From a candidate division WOR-3 bacterium (GTDB lineage: Bacteria > Hydrothermota > UBA3072 > B12-G15): DNA of 31,656 nt. The notes under the pieces are model-generated. The model was not told the origin of the DNA. It saw nothing but the letters and a program-made list of their open reading frames with translations, and did no database searches. Positions 1 to 9,665 of the stretch are shown one piece after another (the first letter of the stretch is position 1; each line of letters begins with the position of its first letter). Where the stretch lies: NCBI GenBank assembly GCA_965649055.1, contig CBFGJG010000022.1, positions 1-31,656 on the forward strand. The letters are read 5' to 3'. The position numbers and the translations under genes were made by a program.

Positions 1-28
1 CCCGACTTCTACCAACGAAAAAAGGGGT

Positions 29-162
29 TTGGGGAAAGACGCTTTCCCCAACTACCATTGAAGGGGGTATATTAAGGGGGAAATATGCCTGATAATAAAA
101 GAACGAGTATAAAGGGTTCCCCAAAAATGAAATTTTTGGGGATATCTATATTTCCCCCTTAA
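29..162. repeat. Nested REP/MITE-like palindromes: 10-bp hairpin (29-38/42-51); 15-bp inverted repeat (72-86/148-162) enclosing an 11-bp hairpin (118-128/132-142)
   Basis: TTGGGGAAAG-acg-CTTTCCCCAA; TTAAGGGGGAAATAT...ATATTTCCCCCTTAA; TCCCCAAAAAT-gaa-ATTTTTGGGGA are all perfect inverted repeats. Confidence 0.85.
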
Positions 163-180
163 AGCGAAACAGAGTGAAGC

Positions 181-207
181 CCGGTGGTTCAAATCCACTC
201 GCCCCGA
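181..207 (+). other. 3' fragment of a tRNA (T-arm plus acceptor 3' strand), tRNA-Pro-like; not a complete gene
   Basis: GGTGG-TTCAAAT-CCACT T-arm followed by CGCCCCG-A, which complements the CGGGGCG 5' end typical of tRNA-Pro. No D-arm or anticodon arm upstream and no CCA. Confidence 0.7.
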
Positions 208-237
208 ATTACTTAATTTTTTATTCTTTTAGATATT

Positions 238-1284
238 TTAAAATCTGTGTGTCAGAGTAAGAAAAGTATGGTTGTGTAGATAATTTATTTTTTCAAAAAC
301 ATTTGAAAAATGGTCTAATTCAATACCTTCAAATATGTAAAATGATGTATTCTTTGAAAAATTTATCGTTAATGCTAAAACAAGCCTCTGCTCAAAATTA
401 TTTTTTATCTCATTATCCTTCTCCATCTTCTTTCTTGAATCCTGAAATCCCAATGTTATAAAAAAATAATTATTCAATATCTTTGTAATGTTCAAACCAG
501 AAATATAATCAATCCTATTAAATAGAACCGAATCCTTTTCTTCAAAATATTCAATTGAAAAAGATGGTTCTATTTTTAATCTATCCCCTGTTCTAATAAA
601 GATATTCGAAATAGCCTGTTTTAAAAAAGTTTTATCTCCAAGATAATCTTTATTTTTATACCAGTATTCTCCTTTAAAACCCAAATAAAAATTTCTATAA
701 ATTGGAATTAAAAATGAGATATTACCTTCAAAATCTTTTGAATACTCATATCCTAAAAATGTATCATTTATTATCACTTCTTTTTTACTCATAAAAGTCT
801 TATCAAATTCAAAATTGATATAACCATTAAATATCTTTTTAAAATTAAAATAGATAAAAAACGGAAAAATATTATATGGATCCCTTGTTGATTCTCTCTT
901 CTTTGAAAGAACATAATTATGGACAAAATCCTTCATCCCGAAATCAATTTCAAGCATAAAATCCTTTTCTTTCTTTAATAAACCTAAAAATAACCTGTCT
1001 TCTTTCTTCATAAAATTTGGTGATATACCTGCCTGTATTGAGATATCATTAAAACAATATCTTATATAAAAAGTGTGCCTTAAATAGTATCTGTAATAAT
1101 CATCCATTGATTTTAGGTTATAAAACAATGAGAATTTTTTATAAAGATTCGCATTTATTTTTATTTCATATTCCTGAAACCATCTATCCAGGTCAAGACA
1201 TCCCTGTCTTGTCCTTAAACCATTTTCGTTAAATAAAAATATTGATTCCTGTTCAACAGGATAAAATGATAAGACCCTGTCCAT
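238..1284 (-). CDS. Hypothetical protein, probable outer-membrane beta-barrel (true start possibly ATT at 1332)
   Basis: 348 aa ORF rich in aromatics, with alternating hydrophobic strands and C-terminal ...FLTLTHRF (terminal Phe). Frame is open upstream through a hydrophobic stretch. Confidence 0.55.
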   Translation of the reverse strand: MDRVLSFYPVEQESIFLFNENGLRTRQGCLDLDRWFQEYEIKINANLYKKFSLFYNLKSMDDYYRYYLRHTFYIRYCFNDISIQAGISPNFMKKEDRLFLGLLKKEKDFMLEIDFGMKDFVHNYVLSKKRESTRDPYNIFPFFIYFNFKKIFNGYINFEFDKTFMSKKEVIINDTFLGYEYSKDFEGNISFLIPIYRNFYLGFKGEYWYKNKDYLGDKTFLKQAISNIFIRTGDRLKIEPSFSIEYFEEKDSVLFNRIDYISGLNITKILNNYFFITLGFQDSRKKMEKDNEIKNNFEQRLVLALTINFSKNTSFYIFEGIELDHFSNVFEKINYLHNHTFLTLTHRF

Positions 1285-1322
1285 ACCATAGAGTGTGTTG
1301 TAATCAAAGATTGAAAATATTA

Positions 1323-3509
1323 TCAGTATAATTTTATCACCTTCCCTTTAATCTCCTGTTTTCCTGTCTTAAGAATATAGAAATAAATCCCCTTAGGACT
1401 ATCTTCCCCGAAAATAATATTTAGAATTCCATTACCTTTCTTTATAAGTAAAGCCCTACCAGAAGTATCAACTATCTTAAATTCATATTCTCCCTTTATT
1501 TTCCCAACAAAAATAACATAATTCTTAAAAATATTTGAACTTATGTTAAAATACTCAACAATATTTGTATCAGGAATATTAACCAGTGATGGAATAACAA
1601 CCTGTTTAATTATGATATCTTCACCAAACTCAAGTCCATTCCTGTAAAACCTGAATGTATCCTGAACAAAAGTAGTTTCCTGAACAAAGGGTGCTCTAAG
1701 AATAGCATATCTATAAAAAGTCTGATTAGGAAGACCATCATAACCTGTTGTTATAGACTTATTTCTGTCTTCCCATGTTAATGAATCATAGAATGGTGAA
1801 TTTAATGAATATATGTATGTTTTATCATCGAATGGGCCAAAACCCGTGTTTTGAACCTTTATCTTTACTGTGAATGTATCAAGTGAAAACACCGTATCAC
1901 CATATTCTAAAGATACAATATCCGCATCATAATCATTTGAATCTTCCGGGAAAGGGATAATCCTAAGATAATTCAAACTGGACCAACCTGTTGTATGTGT
2001 ATCAATTGGTGGAATATATATTTTAGCCCACCCATTATATATTGAATCAACAACAAAAACTTGACCATATGCTATTCTGGTTATGATTGAATAACCAGTT
2101 CCAGGACCTTCACGAACATTAAGCAATGATGCTGTAACACGGACTAATGTATCACCTGTTGAACCTTTCAGATACTGATAATTTATACCATCGCCTCCCC
2201 AAACATATGCATAATAAGCACCACTATCCGAAGGAAAATATATTTTATACCAGTTGTTGAAAAATTGGAATGCTGAAAATTTTTGCCCTATATTTGAAAC
2301 AGAAAGTATCTTCCAATCAGTCCCCGGACCTTCACGAACATTCAGTTCATTCACATTTACCTTAACAACAAAATGTCTTAAAGGTGGTTCAACCCAGAAA
2401 ACACTGTAAATAGAATTCCATACATCATCGTAACCATCATCATAACCCAGAGCCCAGCAACCAGAACCTTTTAAAGAACTATCCCTTGCCTGTGTAAATT
2501 TTAGAAAAAGAGAGAATGAATCATCATACCAGCACTGGTGCCAACCATCACCATCAACATAATATGTATAATATGGTGTTAAAGAATATGTATCCCATAA
2601 TCTCCCGTAAATTCCAGCATTAACTATAGCATTCTTCAATAAAACTGCATCCCCTGAACCCCTTGTAGAAGAACCTATAGATGAAGATGTTGTAGGCCAG
2701 TCAAAACCATAATATGGAAGACCTAAAATCAGTTTTTTTCTATCAGCACCATAACTGATATATGATTTTATTGTTGATGAAGTTGCCCATGAACCCCAGA
2801 ATCCACTTGGGATAGCTGGAGAAACCGGTCCTGCAACTGATGAACCTGAATAATGATAATCATACCCCATTATAAATAAACCATCTGAATGTGAAGAAAG
2901 ATATGCATAATCATAACCTGGATACCATGGTGGAACAGCAGGCATTGCAATATAAAGTTCTTTTCTTCCATCAGGATGATTTAAAAGAACATAGTATAAA
3001 TCATTTATGAATTTTGAGAAACTATCCTTAACCGATGAAGTAACAAATTCAAAATCTATATTCACACCATCAAGACCATAATTTGATACCATCTGTGAAA
3101 TTCCTGATATTGCATTCTGTCTTGAAGATGCTTTATTCAGGAATTTTGTCACATTTGAACTACCAAACAGAGTAAATGTCATATGAACTTTAACACCCCT
3201 TTCGTGTGAAAGGGAATAAAGGTAAGTGAATCTGCTTGAATTTGGTATTGAACCAAGATTTCCAAGTGTATCAATAGAGACAGAAAAATATGCGATATGT
3301 GTTAACAGATGAAATCTGAAATTAGCATATGCATCAGTACTTATCCAGTACGGACAATAACCGTAAAAATCAAATAACAATCCTTTTTTTTCTTTTAAAG
3401 GCGTTATCTTATGCGGATAATATGAAAAATCAGCATCTTTTAAATGATTAAAATATTCAACTGAATGAACACCTTCAAATTCACTTATTAAAAACAAAAA
3501 ATATATCAT
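1323..3509 (-). CDS. Secreted glycoside hydrolase family 18 with two SH3b domains, an Ig-like domain and a T9SS-type-A-like C-terminal domain
   Basis: GH18 motif DGVNIDFE, MGYDY, KLILGLPYYG, WALG; SH3b repeats LNVREGPGT (x2); C-terminus KGIYFYILK...GKVIKLY. Confidence 0.85.
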   Translation of the reverse strand: MIYFLFLISEFEGVHSVEYFNHLKDADFSYYPHKITPLKEKKGLLFDFYGYCPYWISTDAYANFRFHLLTHIAYFSVSIDTLGNLGSIPNSSRFTYLYSLSHERGVKVHMTFTLFGSSNVTKFLNKASSRQNAISGISQMVSNYGLDGVNIDFEFVTSSVKDSFSKFINDLYYVLLNHPDGRKELYIAMPAVPPWYPGYDYAYLSSHSDGLFIMGYDYHYSGSSVAGPVSPAIPSGFWGSWATSSTIKSYISYGADRKKLILGLPYYGFDWPTTSSSIGSSTRGSGDAVLLKNAIVNAGIYGRLWDTYSLTPYYTYYVDGDGWHQCWYDDSFSLFLKFTQARDSSLKGSGCWALGYDDGYDDVWNSIYSVFWVEPPLRHFVVKVNVNELNVREGPGTDWKILSVSNIGQKFSAFQFFNNWYKIYFPSDSGAYYAYVWGGDGINYQYLKGSTGDTLVRVTASLLNVREGPGTGYSIITRIAYGQVFVVDSIYNGWAKIYIPPIDTHTTGWSSLNYLRIIPFPEDSNDYDADIVSLEYGDTVFSLDTFTVKIKVQNTGFGPFDDKTYIYSLNSPFYDSLTWEDRNKSITTGYDGLPNQTFYRYAILRAPFVQETTFVQDTFRFYRNGLEFGEDIIIKQVVIPSLVNIPDTNIVEYFNISSNIFKNYVIFVGKIKGEYEFKIVDTSGRALLIKKGNGILNIIFGEDSPKGIYFYILKTGKQEIKGKVIKLY

Positions 3510-3515
3510 ATTTTA

Positions 3516-3543
3516 AAAATATTTAAAATTTTTATAATGTCAA
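3516..3543 (-). promoter_or_regulatory. Sigma70-type promoter for GH18 gene (TTGACA-N16-TATTTT), predicted leaderless
   Basis: -35 at 3543-3538, -10 at 3521-3516, ATG begins 7 nt downstream at 3509; no SD. Confidence 0.6.
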
Positions 3544-3611
3544 TTGATAAATGAAAGGTTTCAGGTCTTGAGATTTGACAGAATAATGTATAAGTTTTAA
3601 AAAGAAATCAT

Positions 3612-3651
3612 TTGCAAATTTTTGAACCCTATTTAAAATAAAAAAAAGGAG
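3612..3651 (+). promoter_or_regulatory. Promoter TTGCAA-N16-TAAAAT plus SD AAGGAG for the M28 peptidase gene
   Basis: -35 at 3612-3617, -10 at 3634-3639, AAGGAG at 3646-3651, ATG at 3657. Confidence 0.5.
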
Positions 3652-3656
3652 TGTTT

Positions 3657-6542
3657 ATGTTAAAAAGATATTCTATAGTTTTTTTTATCTTTGGTTTTTT
3701 TCTTTATGGTGAATATCTTACAAAGGTGAAACTTGATAACAGGAGGTTGGAACCATTCTTCTTAAAGAATATTTCTGTTATTAAGGACTTATACAATTAT
3801 GCACTTGTGATTGTTGATGATAATGAGCTTTACAAACTTAAAAAAATGGATTATGAGATTCTTGATACTATCAGAGATACTGCATATTATCTTGTTAAGA
3901 CAAAAAATCCTGTTGAATTATCAGATTACGGGAAAATACTTATGAAAGACAGGGATATTTATATCTTAAAAATTCAAGACGAAAAGATTGCATTCAAATT
4001 AAAAGAAAAATACCTCATTCATAAATTAAGATTAATTCCTATTGTTCAATCTAAAGATAAATTTAATATTCAATTTAAATATAATCCGTATATACAGGAG
4101 ATTGTAAATAATGTGAATCCTGATACAGTTCTGAGTTTTGTTCGTAATCTACAAAATTACAAAACAAGGTATTCAACCCATGACTCCTGTTTTAAAGCAG
4201 CATTCTGGATAAAGGAGAAATTATATGAGTATGGATGTGATACTGTGATATTGCAATACCATACAGCAGGTCATTCTCCAAATGTTATTGGTGTAAAATA
4301 TGGGACAGTTTACCCATCTAACAAATATTCAATAATATGTGGGCATTTTGATTCCTATTCAAATTACATACCAAATTTAGCTCCCGGTGCAGACGATGAT
4401 GCAAGTGGTATTGCAGGAATCCTTGAATGTGCAAGGGTTTTGAAGGATTACAGGTTTGAATACACAATAAAATTTATAGCATTCTCGGGCGAAGAATTCT
4501 GGATGCTTGGAAGTTATTACTATGCACAGATGGCAAGGAACCAGAATGATTCAATCATTGCTGTCATAAATGGTGATATGATTGGTTATGCAAATTCTTA
4601 TCCAGAATCTATAGATGTAATTGGTAAAATATCAGACCCTTCCTGTGAATGGATTGTTGATTTCTATATTAACTGTGCAAACTCATATACAAACCTTAAA
4701 ACATTAAAAATGTTGCTGCCAACATCCCCGGCCGACCAGGAAGCCTTCTGGGATTATGGATATGCAGGGATTTTACTCATAGAAGATGAAGATGTCTGGG
4801 GTGGAACAAATCCTTTTTATCACACACTCGGTGATACAATAGGTGGTGGATACAATGATAATCTATTTGCAACAGAAGTTATAAAAGCTGAGATTGCCAC
4901 TATTGTTTCTTTATCAGATATAAGTTATTCACCGTATTCACCTGAAAAACCGATATTGTTCCAACCATTTGATTGTGCAAAAATCTCAACAAATTATCCT
5001 GAATTTATCTTTAAATCAAAAGACCTTCAAAATGACCAAATACAGTATGAAATTTTTATTGATGATAATCCCGAATTTTTATCGCCTGAAATCATCCTAA
5101 CATCAGTATATCAAAGTGATTCTATTGTAAAATACGATATAACATTCCCACTGGAAGATAAGAAGATATATTTCTGGAAGGTTCAATGCAAAGACCCTTC
5201 CGGAACAAATCTCTGGTCTAATTTTTCTGATATATATTCTTTCACAATAGATACATCATTAAAAAATACATGTTCTTTCTTTCAGCATAATTCATTCCAG
5301 TTTTTAAAAAACTCATTTTATAATACTAAAATTTTTGGGGATAGTGTTGGAATTGAACCTTATGGATACATATACGATACACTTTTATACGAAGATTTTG
5401 AAGGTTCTTTCCCATCCAGCTGGAGTATTTACGATGGTAATAGTGATGGGATATACTGGAATAATGGAACAACAAATGATATTGGAATATTTACACCACC
5501 GAATTACAATTCAAAATATGCATACTATTCAGATGATGACGCAGGTTATACAAGTAATTCAGCAGAAGAAATAATATCACCAAAAATATACATTCCACAG
5601 GGTTCTTTTGAGCTTGTTATTATATATGATTTTGGGATAAAGATAAGGGAATCCGGTGAAAAGATGATATTAAAAACAAAAAAATTCAATAATAGCTGGT
5701 TAAACTGGATAAACAGATATTCGCATTATTTTAATTCATCTTCAGGAACATTCATTTATCAAATCCCTTCAAATTATTTCCCGATGGAATCTTTGCAATT
5801 AAAATGGTCATACACAGATGCTGGAACAAGTAATCACAGAGGATATGCGTGTGGAATAGACAATGTAACATTATTAAGAAAAATACCACAAGCGATTAAT
5901 TATGCTGAAATGATAACGAAAGAAATTTCGTTTGAAGAATTGAATTTTTTAGATGGAAGAGAATTATGGGGAGATTTAATATGGGAAAAGAAAAGCCTTG
6001 ATGATTCAATCGGTATTAAAATAGAATACTATGATGGTTCTGAATGGTTATCTGTCCCTGATGAATTAATACCCGGAAACTCCAATGGAATATATTCAGA
6101 TAAAATTAGTGATACAATCTCTTTAAATCCACTTCCCACTGATATTTTTAATAAAATCAGGGTAAAGGTATTATTCAAAAGATATTCGCAAGGTGTAAAA
6201 TCACCTGAAGAACCATTACTTTTAAGCCTTGAAGTTGGTAATATATCAGGATATGTAGGGATAAAAGAGAAGAATGAACAAATTTTTTCAATATCAAATA
6301 ATATAGTTTATTCAGGGATTGATATATCTTTTTATTTGAAAAAAGAAGGATTTGTTTCAATAGACCTGTTCGATATAACCGGAAGAAATATTGAAAAAAT
6401 ATTAGAGAATAAAAAATACAGTAAAGGGATACATAAATTAAATATGAGTCTTAAAGATAAAAAAATTAAAAACGGTGTTTACTTCATCGTATTCAGCGCT
6501 GAAAATGAAAGAATAATCAGAAAGATAATTATGATAAGATAG
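3657..6542 (+). CDS. Secreted M28 family Zn aminopeptidase with Ig/FN3-like and beta-sandwich domains and a T9SS-type-A-like C-terminal domain
   Basis: GHFDS, PGADDDASG, FSGEE, NGDMIG, PFYHT (all M28 metal ligands); signal peptide; LFDITGR...NGVYFI...RKIIMIR. SD spacing favours ATG 3657 over GTG 3651. Confidence 0.88.
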   Translation: MLKRYSIVFFIFGFFLYGEYLTKVKLDNRRLEPFFLKNISVIKDLYNYALVIVDDNELYKLKKMDYEILDTIRDTAYYLVKTKNPVELSDYGKILMKDRDIYILKIQDEKIAFKLKEKYLIHKLRLIPIVQSKDKFNIQFKYNPYIQEIVNNVNPDTVLSFVRNLQNYKTRYSTHDSCFKAAFWIKEKLYEYGCDTVILQYHTAGHSPNVIGVKYGTVYPSNKYSIICGHFDSYSNYIPNLAPGADDDASGIAGILECARVLKDYRFEYTIKFIAFSGEEFWMLGSYYYAQMARNQNDSIIAVINGDMIGYANSYPESIDVIGKISDPSCEWIVDFYINCANSYTNLKTLKMLLPTSPADQEAFWDYGYAGILLIEDEDVWGGTNPFYHTLGDTIGGGYNDNLFATEVIKAEIATIVSLSDISYSPYSPEKPILFQPFDCAKISTNYPEFIFKSKDLQNDQIQYEIFIDDNPEFLSPEIILTSVYQSDSIVKYDITFPLEDKKIYFWKVQCKDPSGTNLWSNFSDIYSFTIDTSLKNTCSFFQHNSFQFLKNSFYNTKIFGDSVGIEPYGYIYDTLLYEDFEGSFPSSWSIYDGNSDGIYWNNGTTNDIGIFTPPNYNSKYAYYSDDDAGYTSNSAEEIISPKIYIPQGSFELVIIYDFGIKIRESGEKMILKTKKFNNSWLNWINRYSHYFNSSSGTFIYQIPSNYFPMESLQLKWSYTDAGTSNHRGYACGIDNVTLLRKIPQAINYAEMITKEISFEELNFLDGRELWGDLIWEKKSLDDSIGIKIEYYDGSEWLSVPDELIPGNSNGIYSDKISDTISLNPLPTDIFNKIRVKVLFKRYSQGVKSPEEPLLLSLEVGNISGYVGIKEKNEQIFSISNNIVYSGIDISFYLKKEGFVSIDLFDITGRNIEKILENKKYSKGIHKLNMSLKDKKIKNGVYFIVFSAENERIIRKIIMIR

Positions 6543-6551
6543 AATCTTTCC

Positions 6552-6579
6552 TTGACATTAATCCAAAGAATATTAAATT
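6552..6579 (+). promoter_or_regulatory. Promoter TTGACA-N16-TAAATT for ADH/radical SAM operon, predicted leaderless
   Basis: -35 at 6552-6557, -10 at 6574-6579, ATG at 6586; no SD. Confidence 0.6.
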
Positions 6580-6585
6580 TTCTCT

Positions 6586-7575
6586 ATGAGAGCAATGGTT
6601 TTATATAAACAGGAAAATATAGAGAAGAATCCTTTAGCCCTAAAAGATATCCCTGAACCTGATATAAATGATAATGAAATAAGGATAAAAATAAAGGTAT
6701 GCGGTGTTTGCAGGACTGATTTGCACATTGTGGAAGGTGATCTTCCAGCTCATAAGTTACCTGTAATACCAGGTCATCAAATCGTAGGTTATGTTGAAAA
6801 AATCGGTAAGAATGTAAAAAATTTTAAGATTGGTGATAGGGCCGGAATACCATGGTTGAATAAAACCTGTGGGGTTTGTGAATACTGTAAAGAAGGAAGG
6901 GAAAACCTGTGTGATAATCCAAAATTTACTGGTTATGATGTTGATGGTGGATTTGCAGAGTATACTGTTGTTCATAAAGATTTTGCATATCATCTACCTG
7001 AAAAATATTCAGATATAGAGGTCTCTCCACTCCTTTGTGCGGGTGTTATCGGATACCAGACATTCAAAAAATCAGGTTTAAAGTCAGGGAAAATAGGACT
7101 TTTCGGATTTGGTTCTGCTGCACATATCCTAATACAGGTTCTTGTATATTTGAAATTTGATGTCTTTGTTGTCTCAAGGACTGAACATGAACTTGAACTT
7201 GCAAGAAGACTTGGTGCCTTCTGGACAGGTAAAATAGATGAACTTAAGGAAAAACTTGATGGTGTTCTTGTCTTTGCACCAAGTGGCGAACTTCTTGTAA
7301 AGGCACTTGAGAAGATAAAAAAAGGTGGAATAGTTGTTTCAGGTGGAATCTATGCAACACCACTCCCAGGTTTTGAATATAGTTACATATTCCCTGAAAA
7401 AACATTGACTTCTACAGCACATACGACAAGGGAAAATGTGAAGGAATTCTTAAATGTTGCAGATAAATTTAAGATAAAAACAGAGATAAATGAATATAGT
7501 CTTGAAGAGGCAAATAAAGCACTATATAATATAAAACATTCAAAGGTTAAAGGTTCATCTGTTTTAGTTATTTAG
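6586..7575 (+). CDS. Zinc-dependent alcohol dehydrogenase family protein
   Basis: CGVCRTDLH, PGHQIVG, structural Zn CGVCEYC...NLC, PLLCAG, GLFGFG Rossmann motif. Confidence 0.93.
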   Translation: MRAMVLYKQENIEKNPLALKDIPEPDINDNEIRIKIKVCGVCRTDLHIVEGDLPAHKLPVIPGHQIVGYVEKIGKNVKNFKIGDRAGIPWLNKTCGVCEYCKEGRENLCDNPKFTGYDVDGGFAEYTVVHKDFAYHLPEKYSDIEVSPLLCAGVIGYQTFKKSGLKSGKIGLFGFGSAAHILIQVLVYLKFDVFVVSRTEHELELARRLGAFWTGKIDELKEKLDGVLVFAPSGELLVKALEKIKKGGIVVSGGIYATPLPGFEYSYIFPEKTLTSTAHTTRENVKEFLNVADKFKIKTEINEYSLEEANKALYNIKHSKVKGSSVLVI

Positions 7576-7576
7576 A

Positions 7577-8848
7577 GTGAAGATACTATTAGTAAACCCA
7601 CCAATATATGATTTTTCTGCATACGATTACTGGATAAAACCCCTCGGTCTTTTATACATATCTTCAATCTTGAGGAGAAACAGTAATATAAATGTTAAAC
7701 TGCTTGATGTTATGGATAGACAGGACGAATTTTATAAAAATGTGAAGAGCGACGATTTTGGAAGGGGTAAATTCCATTATAAAAAAATACCAAAAATCAA
7801 TCTGTTAAAAGATATACCCTTTTATTTCAAAAGATACGGGATACCGGAAGAAATAATAAAAGATAGAATAAAGGAATATAAACCTGACTTTGTTCTTGTG
7901 ACAACCACAATGACTTACTGGTATTTAGGTGCAAAAGAAATACTTGATACTGTAAAGAAAATAGATGAAAAGATTCCCGTTTTTTTAGGCGGGATATACC
8001 CTACATTAATGTTCGAACATGCTTCAGGATTAGGATTTGACTTTGTTTTTAGAAATAAAGATATATTAAAACTCAAGGATATATTCGGGATAAATATTCC
8101 TGAAAACTTCTGTGATTATCCTGTTCCAGATTATTCGCATTATAAAATATTAAAATATGTTGCATTCACTACATCTTTAGGATGTCCTTTCAGATGCTCA
8201 TACTGTGCATCTTACAGGATTATTGAAAATTTTCAGTTCAAAGAACCTGAACAGGTTTTTGAAGAGATAAAATTTTATTATGAAAAGGGCGTAAGGGATT
8301 TTGTTATATATGACGATGCATTACTCTTTCCACAGGATAGGTTCATAAGCTCTTTTAAAGATGTGGGTGAAAAACTAAAAGGTGTAAGATTCCATACACC
8401 TAATGGTCTTCATGCAAGATTTATCGACCTTGAGATAGCAGAGATTTTAAAAAAATCAAATTTTCTGGAACCAAGGATATCACTTGAAACTATATATAAA
8501 GATAAACAATTGAAAACAGGTGGTAAAGTATTCACAGAAGAGTTTGAAGAGGCAATAAGAAGACTTGTTAAAGCAGGTTATAAAAAATCCGAGATTATAG
8601 CATATATTATTTTTGGTCTTCCTGATGATAAAGTTGAAGAATGCGTTGAAACTATGAATTATTTAAATGGTTTAGGTGTCAAAATCTATTTAAGTGAATT
8701 TTCACCAATTCCTGGTTCAGTATACTATGATGTTGAAGACCCTGTCCTATCTAATAACACTATATACCTTTATTATAAAAAAAGAGGAAAAGAACTCCAA
8801 TATTTAAAAGACTACAAGAACAAACTGAATAGAGGACTCAAAGATTAA
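7577..8848 (+). CDS. Cobalamin-binding-domain radical SAM protein
   Basis: KILLVNPP, KPLGLLYI, LGGIYPT, CPFRCSYC (CxxxCxxC), YDD, SPIPGS. Confidence 0.88.
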   Translation: MKILLVNPPIYDFSAYDYWIKPLGLLYISSILRRNSNINVKLLDVMDRQDEFYKNVKSDDFGRGKFHYKKIPKINLLKDIPFYFKRYGIPEEIIKDRIKEYKPDFVLVTTTMTYWYLGAKEILDTVKKIDEKIPVFLGGIYPTLMFEHASGLGFDFVFRNKDILKLKDIFGINIPENFCDYPVPDYSHYKILKYVAFTTSLGCPFRCSYCASYRIIENFQFKEPEQVFEEIKFYYEKGVRDFVIYDDALLFPQDRFISSFKDVGEKLKGVRFHTPNGLHARFIDLEIAEILKKSNFLEPRISLETIYKDKQLKTGGKVFTEEFEEAIRRLVKAGYKKSEIIAYIIFGLPDDKVEECVETMNYLNGLGVKIYLSEFSPIPGSVYYDVEDPVLSNNTIYLYYKKRGKELQYLKDYKNKLNRGLKD

Positions 8849-9573
8849 AGATTATTTATTATCCTGAATTTATGAATCCACTTTCCTTTTCTCTCGCGAT
8901 TAGGTATAAGTTTTATATAAAATTTTGGGAGGTATTCCTCATCTATATCAATATCTATTCCTGCACTGTAAAGGATGAAGGCAAGCCTTGCAATAAGACT
9001 TTTATCACCCATTCTTATTGAATATTTCAACATCCTGTCTATAGAAAATTTATCCTTACCTTCATTTATGATTCTTATAATCTCTTCTATCTCAGGTCCA
9101 TATTCCTGTAACATAATTGAATCAATAATAGCCTTTTCCGGTAATGCTATTTTTATACTCTTTTTTTCAACAATTTCGTCTGTAAAACCAAAAAATTTAT
9201 AAGATTTCATAAAAACATACTTAAAGATATAAGAATGGAATTTAAAAGATGCCTTTCTTTTTGGGGTAGCGAGATAAATCTCTTCTTCACTGTTTTTTAT
9301 AAATTTGTAAAATGAAAGAGCTGTCTTGAATGAAATATAAGAAGGTCTTATCGAGAAACATCCTATTGAAAGAGGGTCTTCTGCTCCTTCAAGGACATAC
9401 TTGCCTTTCTCAACTTCTTTTATTGCCCCTTCCCTCTTAAGCCTCAATATCACCTGTGCAGCATAATTCCTTTTAAGATTAAATATAGATGCAAAATCAT
9501 TAAGATCAAAAACACATATATCATTTTCTCTTAAATATTTTATTATGTCATTTAAATTCATTCTTTTACGCAT
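8845..9573 (-). CDS. AbiEi-family (type IV TA antitoxin-like) winged-helix transcriptional regulator
   Basis: N-terminal wHTH (RLKREGAIKEVEKGKY), PSYISFKTALSFY, KFFGF, PEKAIID, RLAFIL, typical of the COG5340/AbiEi family. Confidence 0.8.
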   Translation of the reverse strand: MRKRMNLNDIIKYLRENDICVFDLNDFASIFNLKRNYAAQVILRLKREGAIKEVEKGKYVLEGAEDPLSIGCFSIRPSYISFKTALSFYKFIKNSEEEIYLATPKRKASFKFHSYIFKYVFMKSYKFFGFTDEIVEKKSIKIALPEKAIIDSIMLQEYGPEIEEIIRIINEGKDKFSIDRMLKYSIRMGDKSLIARLAFILYSAGIDIDIDEEYLPKFYIKLIPNRERKGKWIHKFRIINNL

Positions 9574-9579
9574 AATTAT

Positions 9580-9607
9580 ATTATAAAAAGATTTTTAGTT
9601 CTGTCAA
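9580..9607 (-). promoter_or_regulatory. Promoter TTGACA-N16-TATAAT for the abiEi-like gene, predicted leaderless
   Basis: Consensus hexamers at 9607-9602 and 9585-9580; ATG begins at 9573. Confidence 0.72.
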
Positions 9608-9631
9608 GCGTCTGAATATAATTTTTATTAT

Positions 9632-9659
9632 TTGCATTTTTTTTTATTTATTCTATAAT
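9632..9659 (+). promoter_or_regulatory. Promoter TTGCAT-N16-TATAAT for the cyclase-TPR operon, predicted leaderless
   Basis: -35 at 9632-9637, -10 at 9654-9659, ATG at 9666; no SD. Confidence 0.62.
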
Positions 9660-9665
9660 GATAAA

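Noticed and set aside
1..60. tmRNA or complete tRNA at the window start (…TTCTACCA)
   Set aside because: Too little sequence, and no recognisable tmRNA 5' end or tag frame; CTACCA recurs as a short direct repeat
2103..2343. GGACCTTCACGAACATT repeat as a CRISPR or mobile repeat
   Set aside because: Two copies only, encoding the NVREGP motif of the two SH3b domains; no CRISPR array or cas genes are seen in the window
3575..3603. TTGACA at 3575 as the M28 promoter
   Set aside because: No TANNNT at 16-18 bp spacing; the 3612 promoter fits better
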